Source of the DNA: the human T2T-CHM13v2.0 reference genome, Homo sapiens
NCBI RefSeq assembly: GCF_009914755.1
Contig: NC_060931.1
Length of the DNA stretch: 64,000 nt
Strand: one strand, 5' to 3'
Below the pieces are notes generated by a model. It was not told the origin of the DNA. It saw nothing but the letters and a program-made list of their open reading frames with translations, and ran no database searches. Position numbers and translations under genes: made by a program. How positions within the stretch are numbered: position 1 is the first letter of the stretch; the number at the start of each line of letters is the position of its first letter. Shown one piece after another: positions 14,146 to 26,794 of this stretch.

Positions 14146-14302
14146 TAGGGTGCCAGATTTAGCTAATAAAAATAGAAGCTGCCTAATTAAATTGGAATTT
14201 TAGATAATTACTTTTGGTATAATTTGTCTCATCCAACACTTGTTCTGCAATGATATAATACTTAAAACATAACACTTGTCCTATGTTTTGCCTTGCAATC
14301 CT
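14146..14302. mobile_element. MER53-like hAT MITE
   Basis: TAGGGTGCCAGATTTAGCTAATAAAAATA...TTAAATTGGAATTTTAGATAA with an inverted TGCAATCCT end. Confidence 0.65.
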
Positions 14303-15229
14303 TTTCTAAGGGTGATGAGAAGACATTATAAAATTTTACTTTAGAGTGATTAATGGAGAGATAAATAATCTGATCTTTTAAAAAGTTGCCTCAAGTTGCC
14401 ATGGGGTGAATTATTAATAGTTACAGAGGCAAGAAAAGCTTAGGTAGCTGGCTGTTGTAAGAAGAGCTATTATTTCCTTCAGGGAGTGGGACAGTGACCC
14501 GTGGAGCCCAGAATATTGGTTTCATATTATTTAGTATAGTGAGTTGCAGAAATATGCCACGTTTCAGAGAAAAAGAAAAAACTAATTGAAATAAGTGTGC
14601 TTATTCTATACTAACATACTCATTATATAGTCATTAAATTGTAATGTTTATTTCTCAAAATAGCATTAATTAAAATATTATCAACATAATGAACACAAAC
14701 TTTTACAATTCTAATTGAAGAACATCATTCTCCCCGCTCCTCACACTTGGCTAACCTAGCTCCACTGAGAAGGACCTCAGCATTCTTCCAATGCCCTGGG
14801 ACTGAAGTTGGGAGGTTTGTACATGGTCTCAACCCTAAAAAAAGAAAATTGCCCCCTGAACTGTGAAAAATAAATCTCTGTTCTTTATACATGTAACAAC
14901 AACAATAAAAAAGTTAAAATGAACCCAGACTGATAATCACCAAGACCTCCCCAGAACAGCTTGTGAGATTGTATTAGTAGATGACACTGAGGTTTGGGGG
15001 AGCATTTTAGAATGGAATTTTTTATGTGGTAACATGTTTTACAGATAAATTATATAGTGTGGTCTTGATTCAAATGCTTTTGGTTTAAATTATCTTTTAT
15101 ATAATATTGACAAAATCTTATTAGATGTCTTGGCTTCTTAGATGGTATGTCGAATCATAGTTGTGTATTTAGTACAGTAATCACACAGTCATTCAAATGT
15201 GGATTTTTCCTTTTATATTTTTCATAATT

Positions 15230-18200
15230 TTTTTTTTCTGACTTTTATATTCAGGGGTACATGTGCAAGTTTGTTATATGGGTAAACTCATGCCACAGTG
15301 GTTTATTGTACCGATTATTTTGTCACCCAGATACTAAGCCTAACACCCAATAGTTGTTTTTTCTGTTCCTTTCCCTCCTTCTACCCTCCACCCTCAGATA
15401 GGCCCCAGTGTGTGCTGTTCCCATCTTTGTGTCCATGCGTTCTCATCATTTAGCTCCCACTTATAAGTGAGAGCATGTGGTATTTGGTTTTTCTGATCCT
15501 GCATTAGTTTGCTAAGAATGATGACCTCCAGCTCCATCCATGTTATTGAAAAGAACAAGATCTCATTCTTTTTTATGGGTGCATAGTATTCCACACTGTA
15601 TATGTACCACATTTTCTTTATCCAGTCTACTATTGATAGGTATTTAGTTTGATTCCATGTATTTACTATTGTGAATACTGCTGAAATGAACTTTTGCATG
15701 CATGTGTCTTTGTGGTAGAATGATTTATATTCCTTTGGGTATATACCCAGTAATGGGATTGCTGGGTTGAGTGGTAGTTCTGTTTTTAGCTCTTTGAGGA
15801 GTTGTCACACTGCTTTCCACAATGGCTGAGCAAATTTACACTTGAAGTTGTTTATCTGCTGAAGGAGATTTTGGGCTGAGACTGGGATTTTCTAGATATA
15901 AAATCATGTCATCTTCAAGCAGGGATTGTTTGACTTTCTCTCTTCCCATTTGTTTGCCATTTATTTCTTTCTCTTCCATGATTACTCTGTCTGGGACTTC
16001 CAATACTATGTTGAATGGGAGTGATAAGATAGGGCATCCTTATCTTGTGCTGGTGTTTAAGGAGAATGCTTCCAGCTTTTGCTCATTCAGTACGATGTTG
16101 GCTATAGATTTGTCATATATGGCTCTTATGATTTTGAGGTATATTTCTTCAATACATAGTTTATTAAGAGTTTTTAACATAAAAGGATGTTAAATTGTAT
16201 CAAATGTCTTTTCTGCATCTATTGAAATAATCATGTTGATTTTTGTCTTTAGTTCTGTCCATGTGATGAATCACATTTATTGATTTGCATACTTTGAACC
16301 AAGCTTACATCCCAGGAATTAAGCCTACTTGATTGTGGTGGATAAGCATTTTGATGTGGATCTGGATTCAGTTTGCAAGTATTTTGTCAAAGATTTTTGC
16401 ATTAATGTTCATCAAGTATATTGGCCTGAGGTTTTCTTTTTTGTGTTGTGTCTTTGCCTGGCTTTGGTATCAGAATGAGGCTGGCCTCATAGAAAGAGTT
16501 GGAGAGGAGTTTGTCCTCCTTAATTTTTTGGAAGAGTTTGAGCAAGAATGGTAGCAGCAGCTCTTCTTTGTACATTTGCTACAATTCAAATGTGAATCTA
16601 TCTGGTTCTGAGATTTTTTTGGTTGATAGGCTACTTATCACTGATTTAATTTTGAAGCTTGTTATTGGTCTGTTCAGGGAATCAATTTCTTGCTGTTTCA
16701 ATCTTGGGAGGGTGTATGTGTCCAGGAATTTATGTAGCTCTTTGCGGTTTTCTAGTTTGTGTGCATAGAGGGGTTCATAGTATTCTGCAATGGTTATTTG
16801 TACTTCTGTGGGGTCAGTGGTAACATCCTCTTTGTTGGTTCTGATTATGTTTATTTGGATCTTCTCTCTTTTCTTTTTTATTAATCTAGCCAGCGGCCTT
16901 TTTATCTTATAATTTTTTTTTTCAAAAAAACAAGTCCTGAATTTGTTGGTCTTTTGAATGGTTTTCCATGTCTCGATCTCCTTCAGTTCAGCTTTGATTT
17001 TGGTTATTTCTTGTTTTCTTCTAGATTTGGGGTTGTTTTGCTCTTTATTCTCTAGTTCTTTTAATTGTGATGCTAGCTTATTAAATTTAGATCTTTCTAA
17101 CTTTTTGACGTAGGTGTTTAGAGCTATAAATTTCCCTCTTAACACTGCCTTAGCTATGTCACAGAGATTATGGTATGATTTATCTTTGTTCTCATTCGTT
17201 TCAAAGCATTTCTTGACTTCTGCCTTAATTTCATTATCTACCAAATTCTGAAAGTCATTCTGAAGCAGGTTGTATAATTTCTATGTAATTTCATGGTGTT
17301 GAATGATTTTTTTTAGCTTTGATTTCTATTTTTTATTGCACTGTGGTCCAAGAGTGGGTCTGATATGATTTTGGTTCTTCTGCATTTGCTGAGAATTGTT
17401 TTATGTTTGATTGTGTGGTCAATTCTAGAGTATGTGTCCTGTGCAGATGAGAAGAATGTATATTTTGTTGTTTTTGGGTGGAGAGTTATATAGAGGTCTA
17501 TCAGATTCATTTGATCCAATGTTGAGTTCAGGTCCTGAATATCTTTGTTGATTCTCAGCCTCAGTGATCTGTCTATTACTTAAGTGGAGTGTTTAAGTCT
17601 CCCACTATTATTGTGTGGAAGTCTAAGTCTCTTCATGGGTCTCTGGGAACTTGCTTTATGAATATGGGTGCTCCTGTGTTGGGTGCATATATACTTATTA
17701 TAGTTAGGTCTTCTTGTTGAATTGAACCCTGGGCCATTATGTAATGCCCTTCTTTGTTTTTTTTGATCTTTGTTGGTGTAAAGCCTGTTTTGTCTGAAAT
17801 TAAGATTGTAACCCCTGCTTTTTTTCTGATTTCTTTTTGCTTGGTAGATTTTTATCCATCCCTTTATTATGAGCCTATGTGTGTCATTGTGTTTGAGATG
17901 GCTCTCTTGAAGACAGCATACTATTGGGTCTTGCTTTTATAGACAGCTTGCCACTCTGTAACTTTAAATTGGGCATTTAGCTCATTTACATTCAAGGTAG
18001 GATTGATATGTGTGAATTTGATCCTGTCATTGTGTTGTTACCTAGTTATTGTGCCAGCTTATTTATTTGGTAGCTTTATAGTGTCACTGGTCTTTCTACT
18101 TACATGTTTTTTTGTCTTGGCTGGTAACAATCTTTCCTTTCCATATTTAGTACCCCTTTCAATATCGCTTGTAAGGTGGATCTGGTGGTAACAAACTCTT

Positions 18201-18695
18201 TTAGCATTTGCTTATCTGAAAAGCATCTTATTTTTCCTTTGCTGAGGAAGCTTAGTTTGGCTGGACATGAAAATCTAGGTTGAAGATTTCTTTCTATAAG
18301 AATGTTGAATATAGGTCCTCAATCTCTTCTGGCTTGCAGGGTTTTTTGCTGAGAGGTCCATTGTTATCCTGATGGGGTTCCCTTTATGAGTGACCTGCCT
18401 TTTCTCTCTAGCTGCCTTTAATGTTCTGTCTTTCATTTCAACCTTGGAAAATCTGATAACTAAGTGTGTTGGAGATAATCTTCTTGTGTAGAATCTTGTA
18501 GTGGTTCTCTGTATTTCCTGAATTTGATTATTGGCCTCTCTAGCTAGGTTGGGAAAGTTTTCATGGATGGTATCGTGAAATATCCTTTCCAAGTTTTTTA
18601 CTTTCTACCTATCCCTTTCAGGGATGCCAACTATTCATAGATTTGGTGTCTTTACATAATTCCACATTTCTTGGAGTTTTTTGTTCATTGCTTTT

Positions 18696-18727
<32 letters not shown>

Positions 18728-20250
18728 CTTACCATCTTATTTCAATTCAGAGAGCCAGTCTTCAAGTTCTGAGATTCTTTACTCAGCTTGGTCTATTCTG
18801 CTGTTAAATTTGCGATCGCATTGTGAAATTCCTGGAGTGTGTTTTTCAGCTCTATCAGATCAGTTAGGTTCTTTTTTATACTGGCTATTTTGTTGTCAGC
18901 TCCTGTATTATTTTATTGTGATTCTTCATTTTCGTGGATTGGGTTTTGTCATTCTCCTGAATTTCAGTGATCTTCATTCTTATCTGTATTCTGGATTCTG
19001 TTTCTATCATTTCAGCCAACTCAGCCTCATTAAGAACTTTTGTTAGAGAAGTACTGTGGCCATTTTGAGGACATAAAACACTGGCAATTAGAGTTGCTGG
19101 AGTTTGCACTGATTCTTTCTCATCTCTGCATGTGGGCGTTCCTTAACACTGCTGGGCTGCCTGTGATTGAAGTGGTCAGGTTTGGGCAAGGTGGTTATTC
19201 TGGAGTCTTAATTTGGGCAGCCCTGCCCAATGAGAAGAAATGAGAACCAGGACCTGCAGGGAGAACAGTTCAGCCAACAGAGGAGAAACTTAGAGGCTGG
19301 TTAGGCAGATAGGGAGGGAGGGTTTCAGGAGTGGAAAAATACCTGCAGGACCACACCTGCACAACCCCTATACCTAGTGGAAAGAAATGTGGTTAAGAAT
19401 TTCCTCTTATGCCAGGATCTTGCTCAGAAGGGAATGTCCCAGCCTAGGCACGGGGACAATATATCAACCTAACTGTCCTTAATTTGACTCAACTCATTAA
19501 ATGTCATTAACATGACATTAGCATTGTGGTTTTAGCACCTCCATGAGTTTTTCTTAGGCTTTCATGGGTAATAACCAAGATGGACTCACTCTGGCCAATC
19601 CCAGGCATACGCAGATGCAACATCCTTAGGAAGGAATTTGCCCCTCCCATTTTGGGCAGATCCCACAGAAGACTTCCTTCTCTTTACCACTTAAAAGACC
19701 CAAAATTCAGCCCCATTTCCGGCAACCTGCTTTCAGGCCCCCTTTCTTTGCTGAGAGCTTCCCTTTTGCTTAAAAATCCTACTCCATGCACTCTCTGGTG
19801 TCTGCATGCCTTATTCTCCTTGGTTGTGGAACAAGAACTCAGACCTAACTAAACTAGGGACTAAGTAGGCTGTAACACAGCCACTTTTCTGTGCAATGGG
19901 TGCACGGTGTGGGGTTCCACACCATTCCCACGTCCCGTGGACTCTGCAGAGCCTGGAGACAGCAAGGGTGAGGGCTTCAAGAGAGCAAAGATGGCAACCT
20001 GCCCCTTCCACAGGGAGCTCTGTCCCAGGGAGTTGCAGAGCTGCTACTGGCTTGATAGTCCCAGTTCAAAGGCGGCTTGTGAGAGAGGGTACCTGGATAC
20101 CCAGGCCAGTAAGTAGATACGCGATCAGGGTCCCATGTTACAAACAATCTGGCCACTTTTTTACAGGGCTACTTCAGTGTGCTGGGGGTCCATTCCAGTC
20201 CCTAGTCACCTTGAATTATCCAGTTCCTGAAGGTATTAGCAGTGAAGACT
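15230..20250 (-). mobile_element. Long L1 (L1PA13-15-like): 3' UTR, disrupted ORF2 and ORF1, part of 5' UTR; internal deletion and nested LTR
   Basis: ORF2-like fragments 15394-15699, 16579-17244 and 17313-17519. ORF1-like fragments 18275-18592 and 18885-19109. Poly(T) at ~15228. TSD TTCATAATT at 15221-15229 and 20261-20269. Confidence 0.95.
19277..19877 (+). mobile_element. Solo ERV LTR nested in the L1 5' UTR (family uncertain, ERV1-like)
   Basis: ~600 bp block ending TGTAACA, flanked by direct repeat CAGCCA (19271-19276, 19878-19883). L1 5' UTR text rejoins across it. Contains AACCAAGATGGA and a U5-like region. Confidence 0.8.
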
Positions 20251-23231
20251 TAAAAAAAAATTCATAATTCTAACAAAAATAATTTTATAGAATCATACGC
20301 TTGGAGCAGTGATAGCCTTATATCTTGAATGGCAACATTTTAGTTTAATAATGTAATGTTGTATCAGCATCCCTTCAACTAGATTTTGGAAATTTAACTA
20401 ATTCTAATTTAGAGAGACTTACTTTCACTGCATAATTATCCATGAAATCACTAGGATTTCTCTGCATCCTTTAAAAGGATGAGAATAAAATACTTAAGCC
20501 CTATGAAGTAAGTTAAACAAAAAAATCAATCTATTGTTCTTGAAAACTTAACTAGCATCAGCTGAAATAGCATAAGAAAATCACTGAGACCAATTGAAAT
20601 GTAGATGGTGAAAAGTTTATTCAAATATCAAAATTAATTCAAATATAGCCATTCTGAATCCGTTGTAATCTTAAAAGATAATGTCTGTATGCTTTAAATA
20701 CAATGAGTGGCATCTCAGGCATGATAGTAAATAATAGAAGTTTTCTCCTGTAACTGTAATAATTTATAAACTTGTTAATATCAAATATGTTTTTGACATT
20801 GGCGTTTTATAAGAACACAATAATGCATTATATGTAGAAGTTCAATTGAGTCATAAGCTATTTCCATATGTCTATTATGCTTAATAAATGTAGTTATAAT
20901 AGCATTTTTTACATTAAATTGAAGCCACATTTCACTTCACTAAGCATTCAGAATATAGATTACTTCAGAATTAGAGTAATTCTAATCTACATACTTCCCT
21001 CCCCAGGAATTTTCTATTTAAAGTGAATCCAGGTACATATTTTCCTTCTCTAATATTAATAAAGTCTCATGTTTGTCAATAATGAGTGTTCATAATTATT
21101 CATACCTGTGGGAAGTTGACATACACTTCTGATAAAGATTGTATTGCCAGTTATTTAAAACTATCCCTTGTTTTAAGTCACCTCAGAGATCTCTAAAAAA
21201 AAATTTAGGTAAACTTACACACATCACATTTGTCAAAAATCACTGAAAAATCCTGCAGTGTGATATAATTCAGTTTGTTCCAATATAAATGATCTTATTT
21301 TTGTAAACTGAAGTTAGTAGAATTTTTCTTTATTCAAATATTGATGTATTATAAATTTATTTTTTGATCCAAATATTTTAAAGCTAATCCATGATCAGTA
21401 TAATCAACATATGAGTCTAATTTTTTATATATAAAATAGCTGTAATTACACATAATGGGACTAAAAGGAAAGTTTTAGTAATTCCTGAAAATCAAAATGA
21501 TTAAATTATCTAATTTCAATGATTATGGATTAACAACTGCTTACCAAGTCAATTACTGTGTTTTAATTCCTTTATCTCACTTGGGAAGGGAGGTTTGTTG
21601 TTAACCCACTACTTCAAAAATCTAGGATCCGTGGTAAATGTGAAAAAATGACCTGTTGCTCTGATTATTTCCTTTCTATCTGCTTTTCCTGCAATATAAG
21701 AGAGAACATTTTGAGATCAGTATATATTTCCATTAATTTTCATCAGGCAGCTGCATATGAAAAATATAGAAAGTCATTTTAATTTTGTTTTGTTTGTTTT
21801 AGACTTTATTTCCTAGTGATGAGACATTTTAGTTTTGTTGAAAAAAGTTAACAACATGTAAAACCTTCAGAATAGTTTTTATGTGAGTAGTCTATATGAG
21901 ACTTCCCTCACACACACACTATCGTGCATTGCATAATATAATTCAATATATGATATCTTTCATTAATAGATAACATTTAATAGGTCAATACGTTAATAGA
22001 TTAACAGAGCGTCCAAAATCTCCCAGTTGAGAAAGCTAGAGTTTCTCAAATACTTCTACTTTGGAATGCAGAATTTCATCTCTTGAAATCTACAACTGAT
22101 AGTAATGCTATCAAGTGTATAGATATATTAGCAACTTTGACAACTGTAGTTATAGAATGAATGACAAAAATTAGCCTCAAGGGCATTCATGTCAATATTT
22201 GTAATGTGAAACACTTGACAGAAAATGTACATGATCAACAATTAGAAATTATGGTACAAGTAAAATAAGACATTGAAAAAACTTTTAAAAACCAAGCTAC
22301 AAAACAGTCTTTATAAAATTAACATATTTCAAGGGGAAAATGCATATTTGTCCTTGTCTAAAAAGACAAACACAAAAATGTTAAAAACAGATTATTATCT
22401 GTGAGTAAATTATGAGTGTTTCATTTATTCTTTTTTGTGTATTTTCTCACTATATTTCTAGGAGGCTATAACATCTGTAAACTTTTACAAATCAATTGAA
22501 GAGATTTTATAAAAAGTGATTTTCTAGCTATGAAATATTGCCTTTGCCAATAAAATCTTGAAAACAAAAAAGGTTATTTCTTTATAAACCTAGAAGCTAA
22601 ATATGTTGGCTCCTTTCTGTCACTAAGGATAATATAAATTGTTTCCTGCGCATATACATTTTATCATCTGCTTAGAATATCATATTTAATACATGTGAGT
22701 GCTAGCCATTCAATATTGTCAATTTGATTACTTCATTTATTACAACCTAACAAATTTTTAAGGTAGCCCTTCCCTAAATCCCAATTTTAAGGAAAAAAAT
22801 TACATAAAAACACTATATTAATCATGGTTTGCTTAAAGAAATTAATCTTATTGTAGAAATACTAAATATAACATTTCCCATCAAAGACTACTATATTATT
22901 AATTACTTGAGGATAATATGCAAAACATTTAAATCAGAAAGTGTGTTTTAGTAGAAAAATATCTTAGGCTAATTTTCAGAAAACTTGAATTGTAATTCTA
23001 TTTTGAAATAAGGAGATTGATTTTCCACATAAGTGATATTCATCTTTATAAAAATTAGTTTCTTTACCTGGAAAATAAAGTTCATATATTTCTAGAATTA
23101 TTGCCCATAAAGGTACAAATTTTTCTTTGCCTGATAATAATGTTAAATTTCCTGATTAGTGTTTCATATAATCTTGATAATAATTAATGATCTAGCTTTT
23201 ACAGTTGTTCTCAGTTTGACTAAGCCATGTA

Positions 23232-23581
23232 TACATTGAGCATCTGAAAATACAAAATTCAAAATGTTCCAGAATCTGAAACTCTTTGAGTACCTACAGG
23301 ATGCCCCAAGTGGAAAATTCCACACCTGACTTCATGTGACAGGTCATAGCCAAAAATTTATTCCATGCAACAAAGTTATTAAAAATATTGTATAAAATTA
23401 CCTTCAGGTTATGTGTTACAGGAGTATGAGTTTATGAAACAAAAATAAATTTTGTGTTTAAATTTGCGTCCCATCTCTAAGGTATCTGATTATATATATA
23501 TGCAAATATTCTAAAATATGAAAAAACAAAATCTGAAACACTTCTGGTCCCAAGTATATCAAAGAATGAATATTCAACCTG
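23232..23581 (+). mobile_element. Tigger4b/MER46B-like TcMar-Tigger MITE
   Basis: TTGAGCATC...CAAGTGGAAAATTCCACACCTGAC...CTGAAACACTTCTGGTCCCAAG...TCAACCTG, flanked by TA. Confidence 0.85.
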
Positions 23582-23844
23582 TATTTTATTCTGTATGTAT
23601 TTGGCAATTCTATTATTACACTATTTTATTCATATTCTTTTTTACTTTTAAAAATTTATTTTTTTTACTTTTTACATAACTTAGTATCACAACAGGATTT
23701 TGCATTTTTGTTTTGGTTCATATTTTAGCAATCTTTTTGGGTAGCTTGGTTTCTCCAGGAATCAGAAATGTTATATTTCATACATTGTTACAGAGAACTA
23801 GGAAGTGTAAACAAGTCATGAATTATTTAACTCTTCAGATATGA

Positions 23845-24005
23845 TTTGCATTTCCCTAATGATTAATGATTTGAGCATTTTTCATATATCTATTGGCCAT
23901 CTGTATGTATTCTTTTGATAAATGTCTATTCAGATAATTTGTTCTATGCAAGTATGAAAATATCACATGTACCTCAAATATATACAATCATTATATATCA
24001 ATAAA
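23845..24005. mobile_element. Tiny inverted L1M insertion (antisense ORF2 piece plus sense 3' end)
   Basis: TTTGCATTTCCCTAATGATT...TGTCTATTCAGA (minus), then ATATCACATGTACC...TCAATAAAA (plus). TSD AGATATGA at 23837-23844 and 24006-24013. Confidence 0.7.
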
Positions 24006-25295
24006 AGATATGAGCACTTCCTCTGTCTACAATTTGTCTCCAGAGCAATATTTCTTATATCAGATAAACTAAAAGAGATCAACATTTGAACATATTAAGG
24101 CTAATTTCAATATTTGTACAATTTGTTTTCCTAAAAGCCATATAATGCATTTTAATACTTACTGTTATATGCTTATTTTTTCTTTATAACATATTTTTCA
24201 ATTTTTAGCAATAGGACCAAACTCTCCAATAGCAACAGACTAAATAGGTGAGCACAGTTTAATTTCTGCTACATATTAATTTTTGAAAATATTATATATA
24301 GGCTTAAAATATGTGGAACTTTTTGTTTTGGAAAAAATAGGCCTAAATCCTTTTCAAGATATTACATACTCATTAATCTGTATAATTTGTGTCTTAAGGA
24401 CACCAATGTGGAGATTTTGTAACTTAAAACATGGTTCAGCCTGATTTTAAAATAAAGATGTCTTTCAAAAAAGAAGAAACACAGAGCAGAATCAGCATAG
24501 GAAATGATAGCAGGTCTTCCTTCAATCATACAATAAATTTAAAGCAAATGGCAATGATATGTTAGGGCAAAACACACACAAAAAAGAAAGGAGACAGCAG
24601 GAAATAAACAAATTAAGACATCTCATGATGGTATGCTAGCCTATCAAAAGGAGAAGGAAGTATTACTGTCAGACCATATATATGTACAGGTTTTCCAAAT
24701 TATAGGTTTGGGAGTAATAAAACATGAAACAGACATGAGTCCCTTTGAGAGGAATGATTTTTATATGAAGAAAACTAGGACACTTCTGAAGAGCCTGAGT
24801 GTACTTGAAAGTAAAGACTTGCCATCTTTGGATAGGAAGAATTAAAATCACACAGAAGTCAATAAACTCTAACAATTTATGAATTCAAAATAGACTCCTA
24901 CAGAATACCAATAAGTATTTTTATGAAAGCAAACAAGTAGATTTTGATGTTGCTATGGAAAAAAATGTATAAGTAAGAACAGGGAAAAATTGTAAAATAA
25001 ATAAAATAAGAATAGCCTTACTAGATAGGACAATACACTATAAAGCCTCAAAACTTAATAGTATTGGCACATAAAAAGAGAGAAAATGAAACAGGAATAT
25101 TATGGCCCACAATTGGGAATCTAGTACATGTTAAAGACAAACTTTCAAATCAGTAAGCTAAAGATGGACTCTCAAATGTCAGGTCAAATAGGTATAATTT
25201 GTAAAAGAAATAAAGATTAGCTTAACTCATGCTTCACACCATACACCCACATAAACTACAAATGAACTGTGAATACAAGTAAAGAAACTATAAAG

Positions 25296-25606
25296 CCAAC
25301 TGGGTGCAGTCACTCATGCCTGTAATCCCAACTTTGGGAGGCTGAGGCAGGAGAATCACTTGAGCCTAGGAGTTTGAGACCAGCCTGGGCAACATAGTGA
25401 GACCCCATCTCTACAAATAATAACTTTAAAAAACCAAGTGTGGTGGCATGTGCCTGCAGTCCCAGCTACTTGGGAGGCTTAGGCAAGAGGATCACTTGAG
25501 TTCAGGAAGTGGAGGCTGCAGTGATCTTTGATCTCACCACCGTAATCCAGCCTGGGCAACAGAATGAGACCCTGTCTCAATAAAACAAATAAACAAACAA
25601 ACAAAC
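25296..25606 (+). mobile_element. AluJ with (AAAC)n tail
   Basis: AluJ diagnostics CACTTGAGCCTAGGAG, GGGCAACATAGTGAGACCCC, GAGGCTGCAGTGA, GAGACCCTGTCTC. TSD AAACTATAAAG/AAACTATGAAG. Confidence 0.95.
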
Positions 25607-26271
25607 AAAAACTATGAAGTCCTTATTAATTTTGTTGTATGGGAAACCTTTTAAATAAAACTTACCTAAGTTCAGATCCCATGAAAAGATAAATTTGATT
25701 ATATTAAATCCTAAGACATTCATAGTGGAAAATGATGTCATCAAGGTCAAAGAACAAATAACAATGTTATATAAAACCATTATACAGATAGTAGATAGGA
25801 AACTGTACATGTATGTAGTGCCAAAGTATTATTGTACAAATTGCTTTCAAGTTATAGAGTGGAGCACCAAGCAGTGCAACCGAGCATTACATGGTCATCA
25901 CCAAAAATTTAGTGTTCAAGCTTAGCATCAGTAATGGTGGTTCAAGCATGTTATGAGCCTCCTTGGCTGATGCAATATGAAGTCCACAATATCACCTTGA
26001 AGACATTCAAGAAACAAACAAAAACTTGAATCCAACAAGTTTTCAGATGCACATTCATATTTGCAGAAAACACAGGGATAGAAAAATACGTCATGCAATA
26101 TCTCAAGGAAACAACCAGACAAATTGAGAAAATACATCAATCTGCAGGGCGACCAGCCTAGTCTGTTTCTCAAGTCTTTGAAACAAAAACTGAGCCAAAA
26201 AATAAAAATATTGTCCCAGGGGAAAAAATGTTAACAAACTTCTGGAGAAGTTGATTGAACAAATTTATGTA

Positions 26272-26312
26272 CACACAATCACATACATACACCATACATA
26301 CACACACACTTG

Positions 26313-26344
<32 letters not shown>

Positions 26345-26372
26345 GTTGTTTTTTTTTAAAGAGAGAGAGAGA
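26272..26372. repeat. Compound (CA)n/(TA)n/(GA)n microsatellite
   Basis: Directly visible dinucleotide runs. Confidence 0.9.
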
Positions 26373-26794
26373 CTTAAGGGACATAATAAGTAAGCACATA
26401 TGAGCCTGGATTGAATCTGGCTTAGCTAATACAGCTATGAAGGATAGTTTGAGTAAAATTGAAGAAGTCTGAATCTATAAAGTGAATATATTAATATGCA
26501 AAAATAGTGATAATGAAAACAAGCAAATTGCAAAACAACTGGAAACTCTGATCTCATGCATATAATTATGTATATACATATGTAGAAAATTTAAGTATAC
26601 ATAAGTTTTTGAGGATATCAATAAGGTTTTAAGACTAAAACTACGTGTATGATCAATACAGATTTTACTTGTTTACTTTTGCTTATTATTTTTATCTTTT
26701 CACATTTAAAATGCATAAATTTTATAATAATAAAATGCTGCTTTTAGTCTTTTTGAAAAATGCATTGGTTCTAAAATGTCAAAAACACTGTTCC

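Larger units (their letters stand above)
24850..26730 (+). mobile_element. Ancient L1M (L1ME/L1MC-like) remnants interrupted by AluJ and microsatellites
   Basis: A-rich degenerate ORF2-like text (CTTCACACCATACAC, AAAAGATAAATTTGATTATAT) and a 3' UTR-like segment at 25930-26180. Confidence 0.5.

Noticed and set aside
15394-19109. L1 ORF1/ORF2 fragments (up to 221 aa) as functional genes
   Set aside because: Multiple stops and frameshifts, an internal deletion and a disrupted 5' UTR. The element is dead.
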